Shown one piece after another: positions 27,301 to 40,257 of a stretch of DNA of 64,000 bases. Both the position numbers and the translations under genes were made by a program. Position 1 is the stretch's first letter, and each line of letters opens with the position of its first letter. The DNA comes from Styela clava (taxonomy: Eukaryota): positions 6,820,001 to 6,884,000 of the forward strand of contig NC_135260.1 of NCBI RefSeq assembly GCF_964204865.1. The letters run 5' to 3'. The notes under the pieces were generated by a model, which was given only the letters and a program-made list of their open reading frames with translations, did no database searches and was not told the DNA's origin.

Positions 27301-29300
27301 CCAATGATCGATAACCCCGATTATAAGGGTGAATGGGAAGCCCCAATGATCGATAACCCAGACTACAAAGGAAAGTGGGTCCACCCTATGATTGCCAACC
27401 CCGCTTACGTTGCAGATGATAAGTTATACTTGTATGAAGATATCGGTGCTATTGGTCTTGATTTATGGCAGGTTTGTTTAATTAATATCAGACTTGGATT
27501 AATTTTGTAAATCAAGTAAAGTCGGCTTGACCGGGACACCGGTAGCATTCCTGTGTGGCCTTCACCTACTTCATATATGCGAATTGTCCGAACTATCGCA
27601 GGGCACTTAGTGCCACTTATACACTTAATAAGGATTTAATTAAAGTTCGTACAATGCAATCTGAAATGCGAAAGCGCATATGGTTATTAAGATCGGGCAT
27701 TTTGAACTAATTTGCCAAAATGACGCTTTTTTTATTATTTCCTGTTAATAAACTGTTTTAGTTGACTCATCATGAATGTCTTTTTGCAAGATAAAAGTGC
27801 GTGTGTTGTATGTGATTTATTCTTGTGGAGTATTTTTTGACAGTAAAAATTTATGGGTGCTTGTGATTTGTAAATACATCCTAACTTCTGCAAACAGTTT
27901 TACTACTGCCTAGTTTTAACCAGTGCCAATTTAAGTAAGATATCTGATTGCTGCATTTTTCTATGTTGTATTGCTTTCTTCATTTGGTTATGTGAGATAT
28001 GCTCGATAAGTAGATGTTTTATTTATTTTCACTTTTAGGTCAAATCCGGAACTATTTTCGATAATTTCCTTATCACTGATGACATTCAAACTGCAAAAGA
28101 TGAATGCGATAAAATCATGAAGGAGACTGTTGTTGGTGAAAAGAAAATGAAAGAAGCCAAGGAGGAGGAAGATAGAAAAACGGCAGAAGCCGAGAGTGAG
28201 GATGATGATGAGGATGAGGAGGATGTAGCTGATGACGAGAGTGTGAGTAAAAACATTTTTTTTTGTGATAGTGAAGTATAGCTTCAGATTTGTCTGAAGG
28301 CTGACTGTCTTGGCTGCCTAACTGCCAGGTTAAATTGGATATCTAATTCATTTTATCAATGTTCAAATATTCTTATCATTGAATATGTGGTCATGTGCTA
28401 TATCAGGGTTGGGCAAAGATTTTGGATCAGGGGCCAAAAATTCTGTCCACTTGGACTGGTGGGCCATGTAAACGTGATCTAAAAAAACATTTTATGAACA
28501 GTATTTATATACAGTGTTACAAAAGCAAAAGTGGAAAACAATGAGCCTTGTGCCGAAACTAAATTTCCTCGCAATCTAAAAAAAATTCTTGGTCTAATTT
28601 TTAGCTAAAACATCAAAATAGGGTTTTAGTTTAGTTAATCATAATGGTTTAATGTCCCGTGTTTAAAAAATAGTAAAGCCAAAAAATTGTTACATATGGG
28701 ATACTTACCGGTAATGATTTGATATAGATTAAGGAATGGCTTGGGAAATGATTGATACATTTATTTTAGAATTAAGAAGTAAATGAATTTTTGCAGCGAG
28801 ATTATGATTTATTCCATTTTAAGTATAATTTTTTGTGTATTGTTGATTGGTGGTGCAACAGTATATGAATTACTGAAGAAAAATCGTATTGTATAACAAA
28901 AGTGTATTAGAATATTCAACTCCTGGTGTTGGGGACACTCATACTTAACTGCCCTAACTTTATTGTATCTCTATTATATTATATTAGTTCAGTTATGGGA
29001 AAAGGATTTTTTAAAAACTCTAAATTTATGTCTAATGTTTAAGATGGTCAGTTGTGCATAGTATTGTATTTCTTAAATAAAAGTTTTCTTTGTAGTGTTT
29101 ATCAAATTATAAGGCAGTATCATATTTGGTAGAAATAACCTAAATTAAAAGTCTGTACAATGTTGTCTAACTTTGACTCACTTTCACAGGACGAAGGTTT
29201 GGATGAACCAGAAGATTTAGACGAACCGGAAGATGAATTAGATCAAACGGAAGATGAAGAAGAACAAGATGAAGCGAAACAAGAAAAAGATGAATTGTAA
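24321..29300 (+). CDS. CALR: Calreticulin
   Basis: Exons 24321-24405, 25158-25284, 25782-25960, 26423-26733, 27214-27471, 28039-28242, 29190-29300. Signal peptide, [24 protein letters not shown]-domain repeats, acidic tail, C-terminal KDEL-stop. Confidence 0.97.
26741..26846. mobile_element. Short palindromic MITE at the calreticulin exon-4 donor
   Basis: Family TIRs; TSD GGTTTGTT/GGTTTGTC overlaps the splice donor. Confidence 0.82.
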
Positions 29301-31243
29301 TTTCTTCGCCACTGTTCATCAAATCAATGAAAAGTTTTATTTATATTTGACAATTCCTAATGTTCGCCCCTTAGCCAATAAGCTGTCAAAAAAGTGCAAC
29401 AAATTTGACAGCATTCTGCAGTAATTAAAATCTATTCTGGGGCAGAGTTTGAAACGATGGCCGAATGAGAATATCTCCTTTGCATTTTGGTAATAAAAAT
29501 TTTCTATAATTCTGCTAAATCATATTAGTTCATAAATTGTACTCAATTGAGAATACTAAATTGAGAAATTTTGATTTTCCGATTATGAATTTCAAAAAGA
29601 TGTTGGGAGACCTAGTTTGAGATGGCCTTAATAGAATCATTGCTCTTTACATTAAATTACTGATAGCTGCAAATTTTTTTAATATTCCCGAAGCGATATT
29701 GATCTGACTATGGAAAAGTTCAAATGCCATAGTGATTTCTTTATAAATTTGTATTCTCAGATAGGATGGTCTTAGTTTGCCATAATGAAGCATCATGCAT
29801 TTTTGGTTGGTTCCATTAAAATCTTGTTTTTTACACCTGCTTGTCAGTTTTACATTTTTTTTGCTGGAAGCTTTTGTCTCTTTAAGAAAAATAATGCAGT
29901 ATGCATGGCCGGAAAACCAGCTAGTGAAGCAATTTGTGTGTTTGTTATAGTATATTACCTGTAATTCATTTTTTTAAGGGCATTATTTTGAAATTCCATT
30001 TCTTCAGTGGCGTGAAGGCTTTTTTGTCACTTCCAATGTAGTTCTAAATATCTAGCTTACGTCTGCAACTCTATTCATTACGTTTTTGTTTATTGGGAGT
30101 GAGAGCCTTCAACATTGCCTGCTTTGTGGATTTTGAGTAAATCGTCTTGAGTAAATCGTCTTAAGTTCGTATTTAGAAACATTTTACTCACCGCCTTGTG
30201 ATGGATTTTTGCGTGAGCCACTATAAAATTAGGATTGTGCTCTTGACTATTTAGTTGTAATAGATTTTTTTTTATGAATGTTAACAATATTCTTCATCTG
30301 TTTCGAATTTCGCCTTGGTATGTCTATAATCCAGGGCAATTTGGCAATACCTTTTGTGATTGGATCCAGTCCATTAAAATACAAATGTTATTAAAAAAAA
30401 GTACTTGCTTCTATTAAAGAGCGTGGTATGTTAATTCTTTCTACATAAGCCGAAAGGACATACCCACTGCATCGTCTAGGACAGGGGTTGGCAAGGTTTT
30501 GGACCAGTGGCCAAAAATTCTGCACATTTAAACTGGCGGACCATGTAAGTGAAAACAATAAGCCAAAACTTAATTTAATCGCAATGTCGACGAACTACTA
30601 CAGCTGATTTGGTTGTGACATCATCAGGCAGGCCCGATTGAATAACCGAACGGACCAGATTTGGCCCGCTGGACATAGTTTGTCCATGTCAAGTCTAGAA
30701 ATAAAGCGCCGTAAATTTTTTCTCCGACACCTGTTCATATTCAATCTCCTGTACATATTTTGAACGTGACTGTGGAAAGTGTCAGTAGCGCTGATCCCAA
30801 CAGATGACATGTTTAGGTCTTAGTTTGGAAGCGGCGCTTTGACTAATAGGTTTCGCATGGCTCTTGACTCTTATGTAAAAAGACTTCGTTGTTCGAACCT
30901 TGGGTCCACTTAATGTGAATGAAATAAAAATAATCCCAAGAAAATAGACCATTTTGCTAGCTATTTCATCTCTGCGCAAGAAAATTTAATATACACAAGA
31001 ACTGGTCGCTCGTTGTGATCTTTCGACATATGCTACAGAAATTTATGCAGTCTCGATGATGCTAGATTTTACTTATCAAGAAAATTGGCGATGTCAGATG
31101 TGTGGAATGCCCATCTGTTTCTATAAGATGCTGAAAGTCGTAGGTATATCGCTTGTTGATAGGCGATGGAACTAATTTTATTGAATTGAGTGAAAGGTTG
31201 AAAATGAACAAGGGTCCGTTGTAATTAACAAATAGGTCTAGAG

Positions 31244-31535
31244 CAGTGGTTCCCAAAGTTGATTGACCGAGGGCCAGAATAAGAAGCTGAAGGATAATCG
31301 CGGGCCGGAAAAGGGTAGCTCCAGCAAGTGACCGATGCCGACGCCGGTACGTATAATTAAGATAGTGATACAATCGAATTGTTACGAAATATACACTTTT
31401 TAAACTGTGATAATGACGTAACAATTGGCGGTATGTAGAACGCGAAAAGGTAAAAACATAAAGTGTTAAACTATTTCGTTTAAGTTCGGCGGGTCATATT
31501 AAATTGTTAGGCAGGCCGCAGTTTGAGAACCACTG
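31244..31535. mobile_element. hAT (Charlie-like) MITE
   Basis: TIR cagtggttcccaaa/tttgagaaccactg; TSD GTCTAGAG/GTCTAGAA. Confidence 0.85.
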
Positions 31536-31590
31536 GTCTAGAAAGTGTCCGTCAACTTCGTGTTTGTATATCTATGTCTTGTTCATCATA

Positions 31591-34309
31591 TTATAGTTCT
31601 TTCTCGCACAGAAAATAGGTTTCTTTCTTGCATTTGTCATCAAATATTTTTCCATCTTGATTCATATCTGCGCAGCGTTGATTTGCTTTATTCGGTTGAC
31701 CTTTTTTCCAAGGTGTGTTGCTGCGAGTAGATTTTACTCCATCGCTCCAGATCCACACATTTTGAGTTTTTATATCATCGAGTCCGATGAATATGTAGTC
31801 TCCATCGGTAAGGTTAAACAAAGATAAGATTTCACTAAAATATATAATATTGAGTAAGACATTTATTCTCGTGAAGTAGGTAAAAATATTAGTACTCCCG
31901 TGGTATGTAAACCAAGACGGCAGACAGTAGACACCGAAACGTAGTATGTGTACCAGGTTAGGGTGGGCCATAATTTCAGGTACAAATACTACGTGAGTCA
32001 CTTGGCTAGTCCCCGAACTCGTAATAGAACTGAAATAAGGAAAATTGGAATAAAATTATGGCCTAACCCGAACCTGGTTCACATACTACGTTCCGGTGTT
32101 CGCCATCTTGGTTCACATACTACGGGGGTACCAAAATATACGTGGCATACGGGTTGAATATTAGACATTGATATTAATTAGAATGGTCGGTTCTGAGTCA
32201 CGAAAGAGTGGATATTTTTTTCCTCATTGAAGTTATGTTCTGATTGAAACATTCCGGCGTATGTATATGCTTAGTGTGCTTATGCTTTTTTGTTGGGGTA
32301 TGAAAGGCGAAATTAATTCGCCAATTGGTAAAAAAGGTATGGAAAAAATAAAAATACGGAAATATTTATATCAGGCAGAGATGGTGAAGCTGAGTCTTTC
32401 AAGACAGAATTGTTGGATTAATTATGTGACATGGACGAAAATTCAGTGTTATTTTATCATTTGACTTAAACCGCTTCGCGAGTAGTGGTAATATTTATGT
32501 ATTCAACAATTCTAAAGTTTGAAGTATTCAACGCATTTATGATTTGCGTTAAATAATTATATATCACTTTTATGGCAAATATATCGAGTTTCGTCAAAAA
32601 TTGCCAATTTTACGTAAAACCTATTTCTTGTATAAATATCCAAGAATGTCTGGAACCTCCTGCTTTCTGAGTAAATTACACGTTACAAACGTTACTAACG
32701 ATTGCGTACTAAAATTTAGCAATAATTGTATATATAAAAAATTACGATTTCGCACATTTTCTTATATATACGAGTATTAAACTTTAGTCATGAACAAATG
32801 TCCAAATGTTTTTCCTTTAAACATCGATATCGTCGGAACCCTAACCATGTCTTTAATTGGCTCTAAACCAAAATCTTTTTTCTTTTCTTATCAATGGAGA
32901 ATCCCACTGTCTGAAAGACAAGCACGATTATTTGCGTAACACATCTTACATAAGTCTTACATAATTCGCGATTTCATTATTTTTTGCATAATTATTTATA
33001 AATTAGTCATTTCATACTTCTTTCTGAATTGATCATACAGCCGATATCAAACAACATTTTTGATAAGATGGGTGCGTTCGATTAACCAATGCTTATTTAT
33101 TATATTTCTCCTGTGCATATATATAAATAATAAATCCGTTATTGCAACCATTTAGACTGGTAGCTAACAAAATAACGAAGTCTTTCATTATATACAAATA
33201 CTAAATGTAATTGATATACATTTATACAGTATTTGCAAAACTACTTCGAAATATAGTCATTTACTCACCCATGGACGGCGGGATCCCTCAATCCGGTAGA
33301 CGCCAATCTTGCACCTTCTTCTTTACATGCTGTTTTCGCTTCTGCATATTTCATTTTATCATAATGTACTTTGTACCAGAGACCATTCGACGCCTTATAC
33401 CATCCTGTGCTCTGTAGTTCATTAACTTCAGGGGAAACTGAAACGATAATTTTTGGGGATGTCTTTCATTATCATTCATCAAAAAGAAAATCACCAAGTA
33501 GAAAAATACGAAAATTTAAAATGTACAAAATATGAAAACCAATATCCAAGTTACTTATAAATAGCTCGTCTTTATTTAAAAAAAACTGCATTTTAAGAAG
33601 TGGGCTTATATTTAAATCATTTTCGAAATCCAGGCTAGGTCTTATTTTCAGGCTATAGGTCTTATTTTTGAAGAAACACAGTACGTCTATCCCATAGATA
33701 GAAAAAAACAACGTTCCATTGTAAATGTTTATCCTTATTCGGTTTAAAAATACACTCATCTGTTCATAAATGCATTTGTTTAATATCTATATTTCATTTT
33801 CGATACAGACACTTAAAATACATTTGGAAATGATTGTTAGGAAGTATTCCATCTAAACAATTCATAACTAGTATTATAATTTATCGGTATAAGTTACTTT
33901 GTGGATTATTGCAAAAATTTATATTTGTTCATGAAAGATAATTGTCGTAAAAACAGACATTATTATTATATTACCAGTATAGCTTACTTGTCTCACCTCT
34001 AATTTCTTTTATTGCTTTCTCTAATGCAGACAAACGAGCCTCAATATCAGTTCCCTGACTCTTGCAATCACAGTTTGCTCCGGATGGTCCGACAGAACCT
34101 TTTATTCCGGCTGGACCAGGAGGCCCTGGTGGTCCTACTGGACCACGCTTGCCAGGGTATCCCAACACTCGCTGTTCTCGGGGCATTGAGATTCCGCTAT
34201 CATCATTCTCTTTACATGTTATACTGCATGACTCAAGGAACATGCTTGCCTCTGCTCCAAAACAGAAAATACACAAGGCAAAACTGCCCAATAACAATTG
34301 CAATACCAT
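31591..34309 (-). CDS. Collectin-like protein (signal peptide, Cys-containing N-terminus, 10 Gly-X-Y triplets, neck, C-type lectin domain)
   Basis: Exons 34309-33988, 33437-33269, 31834-31591 join in frame. GYPGKRGPVGPPGPPGPAGIKGSVGPSGAN; neck IEARLSALEKAIKEI; CTLD YAEAKTAC...FIGLDD...WIWSDG...WKKGQPN...C...FDDKC...FLCE. Confidence 0.9.
31891..32132. mobile_element. MITE (Merlin-like family, long-TIR type)
   Basis: Homologous to 10279-10492; TSD AAAATATT/AAAATATA. Confidence 0.83.
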
Positions 34310-35017
34310 ACTTCGTTACAAGCCGATCGATCACTTAGTGTGATATAAATGTATTTTGTCGTAGGGAAAGGGCGTTTTCGAACCGCACTAAAGAAAGATC
34401 ATTCAACATAGATCAAGATCGACGCAACCGCGCCACGGTGGCCAACTAATGCGTTATATAACAATATATATAAATTGAATTCACGATGATACTGCTTCTT
34501 ACATTAATCGAAAGGAGGCTAAAGTTGTTTAATTTGTTTTTCGACAATATTTTTGGCTATATCGTAGAAATTTCAGTTTAAACCTCTTCCACGTTTCCAC
34601 ATCTACTGTTTTACCAAACACAAAATTGAAATAGATGTACTGGTAGGCTAGCAGTGCGACACAACGTGATAGGTGGGGAAGTTTTGAGATAGAAAATTAA
34701 ATATAAATATTAAGGATTTAGCGGTAGAAACTAAGTGGCAGCTGCAGTTTGTCGAACCGCCTTGTCCACATCTTAAGCATTGCCCACTTGTTTAAAAAAA
34801 CAAATTGGGAGGTAATGTGACAAATATGAACCTAGCTAACTTGATTTAACTGCTCCTAGAACTTCCGTAGCGTTCACATATACCCGGATAAAAATACAAA
34901 TTTTCAACGTAATTCAGATTGCATATGAAATCAATTTGTGGTTACTTAGACTTAGAGGATTAGACTACACGTAAGACGTAACCATGTGTGATTTTATGAT
35001 AGTCAGTAACTTTTGTT

Positions 35018-35232
35018 GGCGCTTCAGAAGTATGTGTGCCAACATAGATGTAACTAAAATTTTGTTCGCCTACTTTACATCAAGTTGTGTAAAATGACTG
35101 AAGCCTATGGACAGGCGGTATATTCACTTGGCTAACACAAATAGTCCCCGAACTTGTATTAGAACTAGAATAAGGGAAATCGGACTAAAATTATGGCCTA
35201 ACTCTAACGTGGTACACATACTACGGAGTTAT
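35018..35232. mobile_element. MITE (Merlin-like family, ~214-bp type)
   Basis: Homologous to 10828-11040; TSD CTTTTGTT. Confidence 0.8.
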
Positions 35233-35530
35233 CTTTTGTTTACATCAAACTTGTGTGCATTTTAATTCCGGTTCTTGAATCTCTGTTATTGTAAGCGTCA
35301 AGAAAACGAAATGTTTCTGAGAGAGTGAAATAAGCAATGGTGTCATTATTTAAATTTCCCATCGAGAGAAAAAAATGATTGTGTCGTCAACATAAAGTGA
35401 AATACTAAAAGGAATAACCAAATTTACAACATTATGATTTGAGGCTTTTTATCGTCTACAAATTTTCAACGACCTTTTCTATTAGGATACCTTAACCATG
35501 ATTTTACTTTTCAAATAGATAAATTAGACA

Positions 35531-35941
35531 CAGGGCCGGCTTCAGCTACTGCGGGGCACTATGCCAGACGTTTTGCACAGGACCTAGTTTGAGCATGCAG
35601 AATAATAATAACTGAAATTAAGATTTTGTGATAATAATTGAATTTTTCTTCATTACTTTTTAGCCAAGCACAAAATTAGGAATAAATTGGTGTAATCTTA
35701 CGAGCAATATATGTAGCAAAATTAACCTATCTTCGTGAATTGTCGATCTCAAGTAATTCTTGATTAATTGGAGGCGAGAAAAGCTTTTTTCACCGGAGGA
35801 AGGAAGCGTATGGAATATAATGAGCAATAAATTATTTGAAAAAGACGGGCATCGCCTAAAATCTAGATATACCGCTGCGCTTATGGTGGAGCGGGACCCC
35901 ACTGCGGTCGCAGAGGTTGCAGTGGCATAAGTCTGGCCCTG
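35531..35941 (-). mobile_element. hAT deletion derivative with transposase C-terminal remnant
   Basis: TIR cagggccgg/ctggccctg, perfect TSD ATTAGACA; minus-strand SSGEKSFSRLQLIKNYLRSTIHEDRL resembles the hAT dimerisation motif. Confidence 0.85.
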
Positions 35942-37026
35942 ATTAGACACATGACAACAAATAAAAATGTTTATGCAGAAAAATTTCAATATATACTGTT
36001 TTTGACTCACTAAAATCTACACGATTTTTAGAACAATGCCCCTGGACAAAAACGTCAAATCACTAAGTAGATCAGTGGTAACTAACCTTTTTTGAAAAAT
36101 ACCTACGTCAACCTATTTTTGAACTTTTTATTCCAACCTTATTAGGCTTAAACCTTTAGTTTTCGTCATTTGTTTATTTTCTAGCTAATCTTAAATGCAA
36201 CTTACACTCTATAGATTTTGTACACCGATGGGAGGGAATTCCTCCCCGTTTGGGGACCATTGTGAAATTAGACAATCAACAAGAATAAAACATGGAAATT
36301 CCAGAAAGTTTCCAAAACTTCAAAAAAAGTTTAAACATGAACCATGAGAGTACTACATGAATAATTTCATCTTGTACAATATTAGTGATAAAACACGATG
36401 ATTTACTGGCTGATCAAGCTTCAAGCATGCGGGCGTTTGTAATATTACATGCCAATGGCATACACGCAAGAGCAGGGGAATTACAAATAATAAAAGTGAA
36501 AATACAGATTTATATCGCGCGATTGTTGTATGCAATTTAAATTAAATCTACCCGTACAAGCAAGAAAAATAAGTGGGAAACTCAAAACCAACTGATTCAA
36601 CTTCGCTGTCTATGAGTCACTGATTTTTACTGCGAGATTGACGTTAGGTATAATTTGGGCGTTCACGGAATTCTGATATATTGTGTGACCAGCTGCGAAC
36701 AAATTCGTAAACTGGTATCTTTTTTCAGTATACAAATAAAAAATAAACTTATTTTGCGTTGGTTTGCTAGTCTTGAGACAGCATGCTAATGTTCGTCCGT
36801 TAGTCGTGTGCGGAGGGCTGATTAGGTAACTTTCATTGTTAAAAAAAACTGCTCGCAAATATGAGTACTGCCGAACATCGCAAGTATGCGACGTGAGTGT
36901 GCAATTACTTTGCGAACCTTTTTTCGGACACAATGATCAGACCAAAACTCGTTTATTTCGCCATAATAAAAATGCGAAATAAATTATTGAATTTACGAAA
37001 TAATTTGCACAATAGAGTAAAATATG

Positions 37027-37225
37027 GGTAATCCCGCAATGTGTGCACCAGGTAAGGGTCAGGCCATAATTTTATTCCGATTTTCCTTATTTTAGATCTA
37101 TTACGAGTTCGGGAACTGCCTGTGTTAGCAAAGTGGATGGGCTTCCGTCTCTTTACACAACTTGATGTAAAGTAGGCGAACAAAATTAGTTACCTCCATA
37201 TTGGTACAAACACTTCTGGAGCGTG
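37027..37225. mobile_element. MITE (Merlin-like family)
   Basis: Family sequence with an internal deletion; perfect TSD AAAATATG. Confidence 0.83.
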
Positions 37226-37719
37226 AAAATATGAACGTGGTAAAGTGGAATAACAGAGGGAGATTTTTGTTACCCTTTTTACAGCTTGTCGGACCAGACT
37301 CTTGATGTTAAATAACAGAACTTAGAATCGCGGTCCGCGTATTGAAGACCCCTGGAGTATAATGTATAATTTCAAGACTTCAATATTCATTACATAGAGT
37401 AGTCTCCTTTTTTGTAATTAATTTACAACCGATATAAATATGAAATTACATAATCGATATGCCCTTGCTTAAACCACTCCAATGGATAAACAGCCTGAAA
37501 ACAACCTCACAGTTTCAGAGTTAATTTAAGGCAACTTTCATGATAAACCCCTGAACAATCTTAGATGTTTGCTCTAGCAATTATATTTCGCCACAGCCCA
37601 CTTGAGTGAGTGTATTCTGACAGCGTGACTCCGATTGAGAGATGACTCATGGTTTGCAGTTCAATTTTTAATGATGCCAATATTTAAATGAAAAATGAAG
37701 TACACAAGTAAAAAGTAAA

Positions 37720-37955
37720 GGTGCTTCCGAAGTATGCGAACCAAGATGGCGGACATCGGAACGTAACATGGGTAACAGGTTAGGGTTAGGCGATAATTTT
37801 TTTCCAATTTTCCTTATTTTAGTCCTATTATCAGTTCGGAGACTAGCCAAGAGCCTCCCGTAGTATTTATACCTAAAATTATGGCCTAACCCTAACCTAG
37901 TACACATATTACATTCCGATGTCCGCCATCTTGGTTCGCATACTTCGGGAGCCCC
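37720..37955. mobile_element. MITE (Merlin-like family, long-TIR type)
   Basis: Perfect TSD AAAGTAAA; empty site visible in the paralogous flank near 53382. Confidence 0.88.
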
Positions 37956-38258
37956 AAAGTAAATATACAAACACATTTTAAATGTCAAAAAAGATATTGA
38001 GTTTGAAAAGTTCAGTATTTGTATTTTTAAGTCGCTTGAGTGTCAAGCTCAGTTGGTGCAACTGATTCATAAAACCGATGGTCTGCCAGTTTGGAAAGTT
38101 TATCACTGCAATGTATTGCTATCACCAAATTCAGCCAGTTATAAGGCATTGCAACTTAAAGATTACTTCCAATGCATATCATATTTAAAAAAGTTTAAAC
38201 AAACTGTTTACAGATGTTAGAAATTTATCTAATTTTGATCAATATTACAAATTGCTTG

Positions 38259-40257
38259 CTAATTTGGCTTAATTTTCATTTGGACAAATTTGAGGGAATA
38301 ATCATCCCCATCCCAAAATTGCCAAGATACCCCATTGCCTCCAGGCCCTGCCGAACTTTTGTAATATTTTCCATTCAGATTTGCTTTATAGCAGTCGTTA
38401 TACCACCATGCTCCGTGAAATAATACAGCGCAGTTACTACTGCTGCTATCTCTATCATGGGTACTAAATGGTTCAGCATTGTGATAACTCATCCCATCCG
38501 TTGCATTTCCGGAGTATCCCGATACAGTGAGGCGATAATTTGAATCTTCGTCTCCAATTCGGAAGGTACTGAACAAATATAAAATAATCATTTGTACAAA
38601 AATTGTTTTATGTTTACCAATTACGCCATCAATATTATATCGTCACCCTAATACCAAAATTGCGTAAGTCATTTTTATCGGTTCCAAGAAAAACATAAAA
38701 AAAACTTCTTGAAGATATTGTTATGCCATTAAGAGTAAATAATTTCCTATAGCTCAATTTTTTAGCCGTAGCCGGATTTAAATTATTTTGTATGACGTCA
38801 GCCCGTGACGTCATAGGACAGACGCAAATATTCCAACTTGACTATATCCATCTATCATGAAAACCAAACATTCGGAAAATATATGTCATGTACAATATCC
38901 ACGATCTCTAATTCCAAAACAGTTTATTTGTTTTAATAAAATAATTTATAATTCCTGAAATACATACTTTATCAATTTGACGCGCTTTGCACACCCACCG
39001 ATAATAAGACTAATATTATACTTAAATACCTATCTATTAAAGTATACACTGTAAATCGAGTGTCACGACACCGGAAGTAAGCGAATATTTAATATGTTTT
39101 CCGTGCATGTTCAATCGTGAAATACCAGTCCAGATAAGCAAGTTTTATTTTCCTTATGTTATTCATAATAAAAAAATGAGACCTGTAACCAGCATTTCTT
39201 TTTTCGCCTTCCCAGTTTAAGAGATCAATTCGTAAACTATAGCTTTTTCTTGAAGTCATTTTGTGGAGCTTATCTAGACCTGAAAAAAATTATGAAATTC
39301 AAAAATAGAACAAAAAATGAAGTAAAAGTAAAATAATACAAAGTAAAAGAAATAATAAATAAAGTTAAAGCATACAAATATTTCTTTCATACAATAACTT
39401 GTTTTATGCCATTTTTATTATGATCTTTTAAGCTTGAACCGTTTACAAAATAAGCTTTTTACCCAGCCATAACTCTCCATCAGGATTTCCGAAGCCATTC
39501 TTGTAATCCTCCCATCCTCTGTAAAAATCTACGCTTCCATCCATTCTACGTTGAATAACCTTTGAGAAAAATATGGAAATGTTTAATTTTTTGTTAAGAA
39601 GTGTCGTATCATAGAGCATTAGTTAAAATAGCTTATTATAATTTGTAACAACTATTTTTGTATATCAGATCTAATCGATGGCCATATGCCCAGCTATTTT
39701 TGTTGTTTTCCGCAATAGCTAGGTAAGAGATTCATTGGCTTCTTTCATCATAAGTGGCGCGCCCTAAGTATGAGGTATTAATAATTTATGTTTACTTGAA
39801 AAAACATCAAAATTTTAGTGAACTCGTATGCCCTCTGCGAGATTGCTTTACCTACGGGAGAACAAGGAATGAATGCACATAAACTAAAGTAATATTAGTA
39901 TTCGAGTGAGAAGCTAAGCACAAGGGTAATGCGGCGCCGTGCTACTGACAATCTTGAAGAATTATGGAATGGACTGATTTTTACCACGCTGTCAATAGGA
40001 TTAAGTCGATGTCAAAACGTTACACAAACGTGCGTCCAACGAGTTTTCTAGTTTGAAGGAGCATGTTCAAACAATTAGCAAATAATTTAATATTCTTACT
40101 GTCCATGCGTTCGATTCATCGAAAATGCAATTAACATTTGCAATCTCTCCATCTAACGTAATATAAATTGTTTCATTTCCTGTAGAAACCCTTCGTCCAA
40201 GTCGAGATAAATTTTCTTTGTATTCCGAACAATCTGCAGCTTTGTATAGTAAGTTTT
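38259..40257 (-). CDS. Ficolin-like fibrinogen-domain paralog A (open fibrinogen-domain exons; signal and collagen exons not found)
   Basis: Exons 40257-40100, 39559-39463, 39279-39183, 38568-38259 in frame: AADC...[40 protein letters not shown]...FSTHDRD...[15 protein letters not shown]. Confidence 0.8.
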
